Positions 26,755 to 57,510 of a stretch of 60,000 bases of DNA are shown here, one piece after another. Under the pieces are notes generated by a model. It worked only from the letters and a program-made list of their open reading frames with translations, ran no database searches and had not been told where the DNA came from. The stretch is from positions 47,804,001 to 47,864,000 of the forward strand of contig NW_024704742.1 of assembly GCF_018977255.1 (NCBI RefSeq), read 5' to 3'. Origin of the DNA: Callorhinchus milii. Taxonomy: Eukaryota. The stretch's first letter is position 1. The number at the start of each line of letters is the position of its first letter. Both the position numbers and the translations under genes were made by a program.

Positions 26755-27225
26755 AACTCCGCCACCCGTGTTCTCACCTGAACCAAACTTCGTACCCCAA
26801 TTACTCCAGTTCTTACCAAACTTCACTGGCTCCCCGTCACAGAGCAGATCGACTTCAAGATCCTCACTCTAGTGTTTACATCCCTTGGCACCCCCTATCT
26901 CTCAAATCTCCTCTCTCCCCACAGCAGTACCCTTGGCCTCCGCTCTACTGGCTCCGGCCTCCTCCGTGTCCCCCAAATACTTTGCTCCACAATCAGCGGC
27001 TGTGCCTTCAGCCACTATGCCCCGAAACTTTGGAACTCCCTCCCTCAACCCCTTCACCTCGCCCCCTCCTTCCCCATCTCAGGTCGCGGCTGCAGACCTT
27101 TCTCTTCGAGTGAGCCTATGGTCACCTTCCCCTCCCCCGGCTCGGCCTCGGGTTCCGCTACTGTTAAGTGCTCTGAGACGGCGCCCGGCATGGAGGGCAC
27201 TACATAAATGCAAGTCGTGTTGTTG
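26755..27225 (+). mobile_element. L2 3'-end fragment
   Basis: Same 3' sequence as 45715 copy; AFSHYAPKLWNSLP. Confidence 0.75.
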
Positions 27226-27364
27226 TCTGTGCTTCGTCCTGCTTCATCTTGCTGTAATGTTTCAACACTGTGTTAATGTGCTAAATTGGGAGGGAATTCA
27301 TGTTATCATTGTCTGAGATAAATTTTGCCATCGCAAGGAAGAGGATAAAATTACTGTTATGTTT

Positions 27365-27670
27365 GGAGTCCTGTAGCTCAGTGGTTAGAGCATTCACCTT
27401 GCAAGCGAGAGACCTGAGTTCAATTCCAGGCAGGGCGAAACCTTGGGCAAGTTTTCTTACTCCACACGCCTAATAATAATCCCTCCAAAACAAAATAATA
27501 AATTGGTCATTTTCAATCCACGACTGTCTGTGGGACACTGCTGTGCGCAATTGGCTGCCACGTTTCACCCACAAATATACAGTCAATTCACTTTACACAT
27601 AAATTCTGTGAAACACTTTGAGACTCGAAATGTGAAAAGCGTTATATCAAATGCAAGGATTATTATTATT
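27365..27670 (+). mobile_element. tRNA-derived SINE (same family)
   Basis: GGAGTCCTGTAGCTCAGTGG head to (ATT)n tail. Confidence 0.88.
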
Positions 27671-28159
27671 GTTGTAATCGTTGCATTTGATATACCTTAT
27701 CACATCCTCGAGACCCACAAATAGTTGTGGATTGTGTGACCAAATTATTATTACTCTTAGAATTTTTTTAAGGGATTATTATCCCCAGAAAAGTGATCCG
27801 CCAATAGACTAACAAAGGGGTTCATATTTACTGTTAGGTAAACAGAGGCTTGAGGAGAAAGGAAACTTGCCTACGGTCGAGTTAAAAACTTGCAGAAGCA
27901 TTTGAATTGTGTGTAATGCCTTTTTGGGGGTACTCTGGTGCTGCCATGGCAACCTTGGAGCTCACAAAACCATTTGCAACAGACACAAACAGGAAACATC
28001 TTCTCAGATGTCTTCTGAAGTTCTTTTGAGAAACATAAATTTGTAATTCAATCCTCCATCAGTCCAGTAGTGATTTGATTTATGTTGTACTTCTTAGCCA
28101 GTCTATGAACACAGAGAGCTTTACTTAATTGCTGGCAGATACAATTTTACATCTGCAAA

Positions 28160-28890
28160 AAAAATTGTCCTCTCCTGCACTAGGCTGCCCAACCCTATCA
28201 CCCCATCCTGGCCCAACTCCACTGGCTTCCCATCACACAGAGGATACAGTTCAAGATCCTGGTCCTCACCTTCAAAGCTCCACGGTGTTGCTCCCCCCTC
28301 CCATCCTGTTCGCTCCCTCCGCTCAGCAGAATCTGGCCTGCTTCACACCCCCCATCTCACTCACCCCACTATTGGCAGGCGGGCCTTCCACCACTCTGCC
28401 CCCACTGTGTAATTCCATCCTGCAGTCCCTATGCCTCAACCCCTCCCTTGCCTCTTTCAAGACCCATCTCAAAACCCTCCTCTTCAACCATACCTTTGAT
28501 CACTGCCCTTCCCCCCCCCCCCCCATCCAAACCTCAGCTCGGGTCAAAAACACTGTCTATCCAGCACCTTGGGATGTCCTCCCAACGTGAAAGGCGCTTT
28601 ACAAAGGTAAATTTGTTTTATTCTGTGATGGGAATTCAGTGGAGTTGGGCGAGGATGGGCGATAGGTGTCGCGGAGGAGAGGACACGGGCTGCAGAGTTC
28701 TGGATGATCTGCAGACTATGGAGAGAGGAGTTGGGGAGGCCAACAAACAGCGAGTTTGCGTAGTCCATTCTGGATGTCATGAATCGTGTACAAGGGTTTC
28801 GACGGCCTGCCGTGTGAGACAGTGGCAGAGCCGGGCAATGTAGCAGAGGTAGGGGAAGGCAGAGCAGGTCATGGTATGGATGTGGGGTAG
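28160..28890. mobile_element. Two L2 fragments in opposite orientation (+ ~28160-28620; - ~28625-28890)
   Basis: FKTHLKTLLF on + strand; SRMDYANSL...IQNSAARVL on - strand. Confidence 0.7.
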
Positions 28891-29349
28891 AAAGGATAGT
28901 TAAAAATAAATGTTTAATGGGAATTCATTTTATAATTTGGAAAAAATTGGAAATTATAACGAATGCCAATATTTGCTAAAAAAATTAGAAGCCAGCAAAT
29001 CTAGTTATACCTTAATTAGGTGGAATGTCCTAAACATCTTAGCAATTTAACATTTGCAAGAATTAAATTTATACCACATTCACAGGGAAATGCATGGCAG
29101 CCAAGACCTGGAGACAAGAATTTTAGGCCAAGCCTACATGCTGCAACTCTGTCAAGGCATCAAGGTGCAGCTATCAGAATAACAGGAATCCGTAATTTAT
29201 CTCCATTCAATTTTTTGAAAGAACTCTTCAATCATGTTGGATGTAATACAAACCCCAGGAATTGCGATGCTTTTGAAGATTTAGTCATTACAATCAGTTC
29301 CAGCCACACCACTAAAACACACTGAACACAACATTGAGTGCACAGAATA

Positions 29350-29355
29350 TTTATT
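29350..29355 (-). terminator. Polyadenylation signal for distal RPL9 exon
   Basis: AATAAA on minus strand ~35 nt after the TAA of exon b. Confidence 0.7.
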
Positions 29356-29389
29356 TCAGCCAGTGACTCGGTTCCAAGAGTTCACGGCT

Positions 29390-29521
<132 letters not shown>

Positions 29522-31326
29522 TTAGTACCGTAGTCTAGAGGTCCAGAAACAGTAAAGCACCAAGGAGGTAGTTTATCTGAAGGTTCAAAAAGCAATGTTA
29601 GTATAGAAAGCAAACAAAGCAATATTAGTACAACTTTGCAGATTCCAGGAAAGATGTTTGGTGATAGTTTCCCTTTAATAGTTGGTTCTACCACTAAAAA
29701 TGATGCTTAGAAGACCAACTCCAGGGTCTAGACCAATCGCAGCCAATAGGCTAGGGTAGGGTAGGGTAGGCCAATCGCAGCACTTTAGCTGCAGCTCTGT
29801 CTGAGAACTATCGTAGCACAAAATTAGGATTCAAACTAATGATCGACTCGTCTGTATAGATTGGAGGTGATGTGTTCTAATACACTGGCCCATCAAGGGA
29901 GCCCAGCTCTTCTAAGTACCTATATAGGTCTTTTTGCTTTGGGAGAAATGTACATAAAAACCTGAGATTTCTGGATTAAATAATGCCTAATATGACCAGT
30001 TTCTACATTTTTTCTCCTGTATATCTGTTTAGCCAAGTCACATCAATATTAAATAGATATTAACCATCAAGAGGAATTTCCCATGTTCTCTCATCAGAAT
30101 GGTCCAAAATGTAGATACTCCACAATGGAAACCAAGCAGGTAGAATGAACGCATGATTAAAATCGGTTTATCTTCTCGATACGTTATTCCCTAAGCACCT
30201 AACTACTCACAGCCTCTAACAAGGGACACTGAAGCAAAAGGCAACCATAATGCTGCCTTTATATTACAGCTTTACCAATAGCAGCATTACTGCCACTGTG
30301 GGCAAATCTTCAATGAAGGTGCAGCAAACTACCTGGAGGAGTCTGGAGCTTCAAACAGCAGTCAGTTGACTAAAAGATAGATTTTTATTTTATGCATATG
30401 CTAAGAATGGCATACATAAAACACCATTACAATTACTGCTAACTGGGCAAAAACTGGAACTTCCGGCAGGAAGCTGTAGTTCAAGCAGAAAGCTATCCTA
30501 ATTAAGAGACTGGCTTCATATATGAGAGAGAAGGAATTATAGAAGGGGTGTATGTACCCTCATGTGGCCCATTTCTGTGCTGTAACAACCTATAAATTAG
30601 TCAATTCACTTTACAGTTTATTCTGTGAAGCACTTTGAGATGGTCTCAAAGCGATAAGGAGGTATATCAAATTATTATTTTATTATAATTGTATAAAAAA
30701 GGCCAGGAGGAACTGTATTTAGACAAATCACCTGCCACCATCGGCAAACTCTTTTAGAAGTTTATTTCCATGATTGCAGTTATGAAATAAAAAGGGAGAG
30801 GTTCAACAAAAAGATTTTTTTAAAAAGCGAAAGAAGCAAGGTAACAACTGAGATGTATTTTGGTTTAGATCAGAAGTTAGTCTGCTATTGTAAATGCTAT
30901 TTTAAATTAGCTTGGGGAGGAAACTAAGTTTTTTTATTATTTTTTGCTAAGTGTTAATAAAGGTACATATTTTAATGTACAATTTGCTGTTTCATGCAGT
31001 TAGTAGTCACCTTACAAGAAGTTGATCACACACTTTAGAAAAACAAAGGATTACTGTTTGGTCGTTCTGGTGGTCAGAACAGACACACAACAGCAGTCCA
31101 GGTTGTTAAGGGATAAAATCCTTTTATGGGATCGGCTGATAGGACAAACCGAACAAACAGTAACTTAATATAATAAGGCACGTGTGTTAAACCTGGAAAA
31201 GAAAAATGAGCGGCACTGGACAGCTGGATCTGTCTATCCAAATGAAGACGTTCCCTCTTCATACAACTCCATGCATGCCCGTTCCAATGGAGAAGGGCAT
31301 TTTCTAACCTGGAATCCATTGCATCT

Positions 31327-35831
<4,505 letters not shown>

Positions 35832-36667
35832 TCTGAAATACAATGACAAACATGATTTAGGATAATTGATAAAACAATTCATTCAGCAACATTTTATATG
35901 CCTCAGACAATCACTAAAGATCTTAGCACTATTTGAAAAGGGAGTTTCTCTCTCCCTGTGTCTTGGTCAACAATCCTGAAATAAAATTGACCATTCACTT
36001 CATGGCTGTACGCAAACTCTGCCCACAAATGCAGGCACAATAAGCACCTGTGAAGTGCTTTGGGATGTCCTTCCCGACAATTATAGCCGCTATATACCAA
36101 ATGCCAGGATTATTGTACACAAACTCTAGAAAAGGATTACATTCTCAAAGCAGCAACAGCGAGAAGTTGAAGATTTCTGAATAATAAACCTTACTTTTGT
36201 TATAGCACCTTAGAACATTATCAAATCAGCTCAAACTGTTTGACCGCAAAGTGTAACACCTACAGGTAGTAAAACACAAACCAATTATGGACAGTAAATG
36301 CTCCGCAAATAGCCACAAAGTAAATAACCAATTTATCTGATGGATTGTTGGGGCCAGACCCTTTTTTATCCAAAGGACAGCATCACCAACAAGAAGAGTA
36401 GTCTTCAATCGTTGCAGTGGAGAGTGAGCCAAGACTACGAAGCTCGAATTCCCCCCGTAGGGGTCTGACCCCCAAATCTTCCAACTCAAGAGGCAAGAGC
36501 CCTATCAAGCGAGCCAGGCCGAATGTCAGGAAAGCAGGTGAAGTGATAATAACTGAAGAGACCACATCAATGCAGGTTTTTTTCCCCGAAAGTGCTAATA
36601 GAATATAAAGTCGATGGGTTTCCACAGGAACATTTTATTAATGGTCGCCGTTGAGCCCAGTGTTTTA

Positions 36668-37070
36668 CACACTCAGTCACACACACACACACTTGCAGTC
36701 ACACACATACACGCACACACTGACACACACTTGCACACAAGTCACACACACAGTCTCACACACACAGCCACACACTGACACACACTGACACACACACACA
36801 CTCACTGACACACACACACACACCACTCACTGACACACACACACACACTCACTGACACACACACACACACTCACTGACACTCAGTCCCTGACACACTCAG
36901 TCACTGACACACTCTCAGTCACACACACACACACCCACACACTCTCAGTCACACACACACAGCCCCACACACTCTCAGTCACACACAGCCCCACACACAC
37001 ACATACCCTCACACAGCCCCACACGCTCACACTCACACGCGCTCAGTCACAGTCACACACAGTCTCACAC
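36668..37070. repeat. Interrupted (CA)n / CACTGA-CAGTCA microsatellite in RPL9 intron 1
   Basis: Directly visible. Confidence 0.9.
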
Positions 37071-37366
37071 GCGCGGTGCGGTTCCTCCCGCTCCTCAGGC
37101 CGCCGCCGGGGCCCCACAGTGCGGCAGTGCCGGTGGGCGCGGGGCCGAGGCCCGGGGCCCGGGGGGGGGGCGGAGGGGGGGCAACAAAACCGGTGAATTT
37201 AACCCGTATCCGCGACCAGAACTCGGCCACGTTCGCATCGGACCACAGCGCCGAGCGGCGCCGCCTCGGTCTGTGCCGCGATGGCCGCCGCCGCGGAGAG
37301 CTCGGGGGAGGATGGCCGCGGATGGGACGGGACGGGATGGCGCGGCTCCGGGCCCCGCGGCCTCAC

Positions 37367-37396
37367 CTCGCGCTCAAGATGGAGGAAAGGAAGGAG
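37367..37396 (-). promoter_or_regulatory. RPL9: RPL9 non-coding exon 1 with 5'TOP/TCT-type pyrimidine start, within CpG island (~37060-37500)
   Basis: Minus strand CTCCTTCCTTTCCTCCATCTTGAGCGCGAG|GTGAGG; GC/CpG-rich surroundings with several YY1-like ATGGC motifs. Confidence 0.8.
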
Positions 37397-37896
37397 CGCG
37401 CCTCCACGCCCACAGTTGTAGGGCGACGTCGTGCGTCATCACGGGCCGAACGTCACCGCGCACGCGGCGTAAGGTCCGAGCAATCGATCCTCGATACATT
37501 ATATCGATCCACATGTCCCCCCCCCACCACCACATCCCTGAGGCGGTGATGTCTTGTTTGTGGTCCTCTCAGTGAAGCCCAATCTAATGTCCAATGTCCT
37601 TATTTAATGCAGCAATGGCCAACCTGTTTGGTTGGTTTCTGTTGATCACCTGTCCCGGGTTATTTTGTAAAGCCAACCTTTCTTTTTTGACCTTTCTGCT
37701 CGGCCGACAAAATAATCACAGGGATAGCAAAATAGCGCAGGTTCCGGGCCGTCCGTCGGGAAATATTTACTTTGTTCTGAACCGACGGCTTCTCTGCCTT
37801 TTGGCTGAGGTGGAGCGCAGCGCCTGCTGCGCTCAGCTGTGTCGCAATGTCACCTGCTGCTTAAGATAACCTGATTAAATGCTGTAACTTGCTCTT

Positions 37897-38223
37897 ATAA
37901 TAATAATAATAATAATCCTTGCATTTGATATAGCGCTGTTCACGTCGGGAGGACGTCCCAAAGCGCTTCACAGAACACACTGTAAAGTGAATTGACTGTA
38001 TATTTGTGGGCGAACGGGGCAGCCAATTGCGCACAGCAATGTCCCACAAACAGTCGTAGATTGAAAATGACCAATTTATTATTGTTTTTGGTTTTGGAGG
38101 GATTATTATGAGACTCTGTGTGGTGTAAGGAAACTTGCCCAAGGTTTCGCCCTCTGCCTGGAATTGAACCCATGTGTCTCGCTTGCAAGGCGTGTATTCT
38201 AACCACTGAGCTACAGGACTCCA
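37897..38223 (-). mobile_element. Full-length tRNA-derived SINE (same family)
   Basis: Reverse complement of family sequence. Confidence 0.9.
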
Positions 38224-38261
38224 CAAGTAGTATGAAATGTTTTAGAAACAGTAAAGATGCA

Positions 38262-39440
38262 ACAATAACAACAACAAAATTACATTTGTAAAGCGCTTTT
38301 TACGTCGGGAGGACGTCCCAAGGTGCTGGAAAATCAGTGTTTCAGACCCGAGCTGGGGGTTGGGGAGGATGGAGAGCAGTGGGGGGAAGGAGGGTGATCG
38401 AAGGCACTGTCGAAGAGGAGGGTCTTGAAGGAGGCAAGGGAGGGGGTGAGGTGGAGGGATTGCCAGATGGAGTTGCAGAGAGTGGGGGTAGAGTGGCTGA
38501 AGGCCTGCTTGCTAATGGTGGGGCGGGCAAGGCTGGACATGAAGCAAGCCAGAGTCCGCTGAGCGGAGGGAGCAGTCAGGTTGGTAGGGGGGAGCAAGGC
38601 CATGGAGGGCTTTGAAGGTGAGGACCAGGATCTTGAACTGTATCCTCCGTGTGATGGGAAGCCAGTGGAGTCGGGCGAGGATGGGGGTGATAGTGTCACC
38701 GAGCCTGGTGCGGGAGAGGACACGGGCTTCCGAGTTCTGGATGATCCGCAGCCTATGAAGGGAGGAGTTGGGAGGCCAACAAGCAGGGAGTTTACATAAT
38801 CAAGCCTGGATGTTATGAATGCATGTATGAGGGTTTCAGTGGCCTGCGGTGTGAGATAGTGGCAGAGCCGGCCGATGATGCGGAGATGGGGGAAGGCACA
38901 ACAGGTCATGGCACGGATGTGGGGTAGAAAGAACAGTTGAGGGTCAAACAAGACGCCAAATTTCTGGACTGGCTCAGTGAGGTGGAGTGTGCAACCATGG
39001 ATGGTGAATGTGGAGGTGCTGATAGGAGCCAATCACGAGGGCCCCGGTGTTGTTCACGTTCAACTGACAGACATTCTGTCAGGACAGCAGTGGTCCTGGA
39101 GTTCAGGGTGAGGGCAGAGAGATAGAGTTGGGTGTCATCCGCCTACATGTGGAAGTTGACCCCATGTCTGTGGATGATGTCACCAAGAGGGACCATATAG
39201 ATATTGAAGAGGAGGGTATCAAGGACAGAGCCCTGAGGAACGCCGCATGAGATGGTGCGGGGGCTGGAGGAGAAACTGTTTGGGGAGATGAAGTGGAGAC
39301 GGTGTGAAAGGTAGGATCTGAACCAATCAAGGACAGAACCGTGAAGGTTGAGGTGAGAGGAGAGACGGAGGAGGAGGAGGATAGAGTGGTCAACGGTATC
39401 GAAGGCAGCAGAGAGGTCAAGGAGGACGATAATCGGCAGT
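38262..39440 (-). mobile_element. 5'-truncated L2-clade LINE
   Basis: [36 protein letters not shown] on minus strand; stops and frameshifts; same tail type as the 48893 copy. Confidence 0.9.
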
Positions 39441-39737
39441 TCTTCAGGGCCTTTCACATCTCAAGAGTGCTTTAAAAAAGATTGGATCGGATCTGAGCAA
39501 GGGGGGAGTGACCAGCACATAATAATAATAATAAAAATAATAATAATAAAAATAATAACAATAATAATAATCCTTGCATTTGATACATAGCACCATATCG
39601 GGTCGTTTTTTTTTGAGGCAGGCATTACAGAAGGGAGCGAGAGAAGCAGAAGGAGTTCCAGAGGTGAGGGGTGTGGAAATTAAATCTTGGTCGTTGGTGG
39701 TGGCAAAGGCACCATCATCTGAGAGGGCAAAGGGACC

Positions 39738-41309
39738 TCACCCCCACCCCCCACACACCCCCCCCACACACCCCCACCGCCACACACACCCACACACACA
39801 CACACCCCCACACACCCCCACCGCCACACACACCCACACCCACCCCCACACACACACACCCCCACCCACCCCCACACACCACACCCCCCCCCCCCCCCCC
39901 CCCCCCCCCCCCACCACACCCCCACCCCCACACACACCCCCCCCCACCCCACACACACCCCCACACACACCACACACCCCCCCCACACACACCACACACC
40001 CCACACCACCCCACACACCCCCACACCCACCCCCCCACCCCCCCCCCCCCCCCCACACACACACCCACCCACCTCCACACACCCCACACCCACCCCCCCA
40101 CCCCCCCCACACACACACACACACACCCACCCACCCACCTCCACACACCCCCACACCCACCCCCCACCCCCCCCACACACACACACACACACCACCCACC
40201 CACCCACCTCCACACACCCCCACACACACACCCCCACCCCCCCCCCCCCCCACACCCACACCCCCCCCCCCCACACACACACACACCCACCCACCTCCAC
40301 ACACCCCCACACACACACCCCCACCCCCCCCCACACACACACACACACACCCACCCACCTACCTCCACACACACTCACCCACCCCCACACACACACACAC
40401 ACACACCCACCCACCTCCACTCACCCACACACCCACCCCCCCCCCCCCCACACACACACACACACACCCACCCACCCACCTCCACACACACACACACCCA
40501 CCCCCCCACCCCCACACACACACACACACCCACCCACCTCCACACACCCCCACACACACACCCCCACCCCCCCACACACACACACACACCACACCCACCC
40601 ACCTCCACACACCCCCCCCCCACCCCCCCCCACACACACACACACCCACCCACCCACCCACCTCCACACACCCCACACCCACCCCCCCCCCCCCCACACA
40701 CCCCCACACCACACCCCCACCCCCCACCCACACACACACACACCCACCCACCTCCACACACCCCCACACCCACCCCCCCACCCCCCCACACACACACACA
40801 CACCCACCCACCCACCTCCACACACCCCCACACCCACCCCCCCACCCCCCCCCCACACACACACACACACACCCACCCACCTCCACACACCCCCACACAC
40901 ACACCCCCACCCACACCACCCCCCACCCCCCCACCCACACACACACCCCCACCCACCTCCACACACCCCCACCCCCCCCCCACCCCCCCCACCCACACAC
41001 ACACACACCCACCCACCTCCACACACCCCCACACCCACCCCCCACCCCCCCCCCCCACACACACACACACACCCACCCACCCCCCCACACCCCCCACACA
41101 CACCCCCACCCCCACCCCCCCCCCACACACACACACACACACCCACCCACCCACCTCCACACACCCCCACACACACACCCCCACCCCCCCACACACCCCC
41201 ACACACACCCCCACCCCCCAACCCCCAGCCCCTACCCCCCAACCCCCACACCCCCCCCACACCCCTCCACACACCCCCACACACACACCCCCACCCCCCC
41301 ACACACACA
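39738..41309. repeat. 1.6-kb C/A-only low-complexity tandem array (CCCA/CA units, recurrent CACCCACCTCCACACACCCC)
   Basis: Directly visible; almost no G or T on + strand. Confidence 0.95.
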
Positions 41310-41486
41310 GCTCGCAATCTCCTGACAGTCACACGTGACACCAGGACCGGTGCTGTGGTGACGTGGCAGTGTGTCGGCTGGTGCTGGAGGCTGCAGTTTG
41401 CGGGGCGGCCGCGGGCGGCGCTGTGTGTGGAGCGCGGGCCCGGGCTGGGCTGGGCTGGGGCGGGCACTGTGTGCAGAGGTGGAGTC

Positions 41487-55082
<13,596 letters not shown>

Positions 55083-57167
55083 ACAACTCAGAAAACTGAC
55101 TGCCTGCATCAAGGAGCTTCTATTAAATCAGTGATATTTTTCCCTGAATATTGCAACTTATTTTAATGAAGAAAGACATTACTTATTAACCACTTGTTGT
55201 GATATAGCTGACAGGCTGCTTGAACCAAGTTGAACCTATTTCTTACAGATTCTCCTGAGGAAATACACTTTTTAAAACCAAAACTACAAATCATTCATCA
55301 TTTGCATTCCACAAAACATTTAGTGCTTTTTAACTGGTACTTGCACAAGTTGAGGAAGACTTTGATTTGGTCAGTGAATATAGTGAGTATATGTACTCGT
55401 CCTACGGGAGTTAGTTTAATGACAAGCCAGCATTCTACATACACACGTTCTGTGACTTGGACACAAAAAGTGAATTGTTTTCAATAACTGTACAAGTTGA
55501 TTAAGTTAGTTTTAGAAATTTGGAAGTAGGGATTAATAGCTACAAGTTTAAAATAAATTTGATGAAAAGGACTTTCTGGGTGAAAAAAGGGAAATAGAAT
55601 GCTAGACTGCTTAATTTACAGTATACTGACCTAAATCTTATCTGGTGCCTGAGCGAAAAGAAGATCTGTCTCCAACTATACTTATTGAAATTAGAGTTTG
55701 ACTGACTCATTTGTACAGTATTACGTTTGACAAATTCTTTATGCGGTGGGTAACAAAATGGCAGTAACTTTTCAGATGTACACTGGTTAATTAAATGTTG
55801 CACTTGTGTGGTATTCCAGGTGTCAAGTACGTGTACACCTGATAACCTTCCTACAGATTAAAATAATGAACTACTATATTACAAGCTTCAACCAGAAGAA
55901 AGTGTTGCGAGTGAGAGAATATTTGAATACAATGGAACTACATAGTCATTGTAGAGTCATAGGCGGGCAGGGCTTTAGCCACTCTACCCCTACCCTCTGG
56001 AACTCCATCCCGCAGTTCCTCTGCCCCGCACCCTCCCTTGCCTCTTTCAAGACCCATCTCAAAACCCTCCTCTTCGACCGTACCTTTGATCACCGTCCTT
56101 ACTCCCCTCCCCCTGCCCTCCCCAATCCAAACCCCAGCTTGGGTCCGAAATACTGACTGTGCAGCGCCTTGGAGCATCCTCCCGATGTGAAAAGCGCTTT
56201 ACAAATATAATTTTGTTGTAATAATCCTTGTATTTGATATAGCGCAATGCTGGCATTTCACACTGAGCCGTGCTGCTTACTTGGAAGCTTGCAGGAAGTT
56301 CAGTCCACTTAGTGAGACTTAAACCTGTGCTTGTCAGTCGTCAAGTGACCAACTAGTGACAATCCTCTTTGGAGTTGGAGGGAGGAGGGTAAGTGGGGTC
56401 TTTTTGGAGCTAGACTAGTGACATGCTTCTTATCGCAGTGTTAGAATTGGGTCAATCCTCTGTGGTGGGCTCAGTAGTCCAGTTCCTGAGCCATGCGGGT
56501 CCTCAGTATTCAAAGGCACTGCTGACGACAGACCAGCCAGCCTGGATCATCAGCAAGACTCCGACAGATCAGTCACTGGGAGGTTGGGATTTTGTCCCAC
56601 TCAGCTCCTGTTAACCAAAGCCCTAAAAGGTAGCTTGATCCTAGTTGGACAAGCAGCGGGAAGCTTGCCAGACAATGCTTCCAATGTTATGTGATTTTAC
56701 CTGATTAAACTCCAGCAGTACTTCAAGCCCTTTGAGATGTCCTGACGTGGATGGTGGGTGTCTGACAAATGCAGAAATCCATCATCACAATTCAATTCAC
56801 GACTGTTTGTGGGACATTGCTGTGCGCAATTGGCTGCCGCGTTTGCCCACAAATATACAGTCAATTCACTTTACAGTCTATTCTGTGAAGCGCTTTGGGA
56901 CGTCCTCCCGACGTGAAAAGCGCTATATCAAATGCAAGGATTATTATTATTATTATCACGTTTAAAGAGTATCCAAACCAGATAAGCGTTCCATGGATGC
57001 TACCCACACATGGCAATTCCCGTGTTTGGAATGGAATATGCACTCTCACCTCGGATTGACTGCTGGGGTACTCCAGAGATGCTCCAGCAGTGCCCTAAAG
57101 AAACGCTCTGGGGTTCCCTAGCCTTTGCTTTTGCCGACACATGCCTAATACACTAAGTATTAGGCAT

Positions 57168-57471
57168 GGAGTCCTGTAGCTCAGTGGTTAGAGCACTCGC
57201 TTTGCAAGCGGGAGACCTGAGTTCAATTCCAGGCAGGGCGAAACCTTGGGCAAGTTTCCTTACTCCACACAGAGCCTGATAATAATCCCTCCAAAACCAA
57301 AAACAATAATAAATTGGTCATTTTCAATCTACGACTGTTTGTGGGACATTGCTGTGCGCAATTGGCTGCCGCGTTCGCCCACAAATATACAGTCAATTCA
57401 CTTTACAGTGTGTTCTGTGAAGCGCTTTGGGACGTCCTCCCGACGTGAAAAGCGCTATATCAAATGCAAGG

Positions 57472-57509
<38 letters not shown>
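57168..57509 (+). mobile_element. Full-length tRNA-derived SINE with L2-like tail and (TTA)n end
   Basis: A box TAGCTCAGTGG, B box GTTCAATTCC, tRNA-Ala-like anticodon arm, core TGTTTGTGGGACATTGCTGTGCGCAATTGGCTGCC, tail GACGTGAAAAGCGCTATATCAAATGCAAGG(ATT)n. Confidence 0.9.

Positions 57510-57510
<1 letters not shown>

Noticed and set aside
37033..37575. Arg/Gly/Pro-rich ORFs (65-157 aa)
   Set aside because: Stop-poor CpG island at the RPL9 promoter; no recognisable protein
57168..57245. tRNA-Ala gene (and similar heads at 4500-4583, 27365, 38145-38223, 52338)
   Set aside because: Each continues into the same SINE body and tail, and lacks a proper acceptor stem; these are SINE heads
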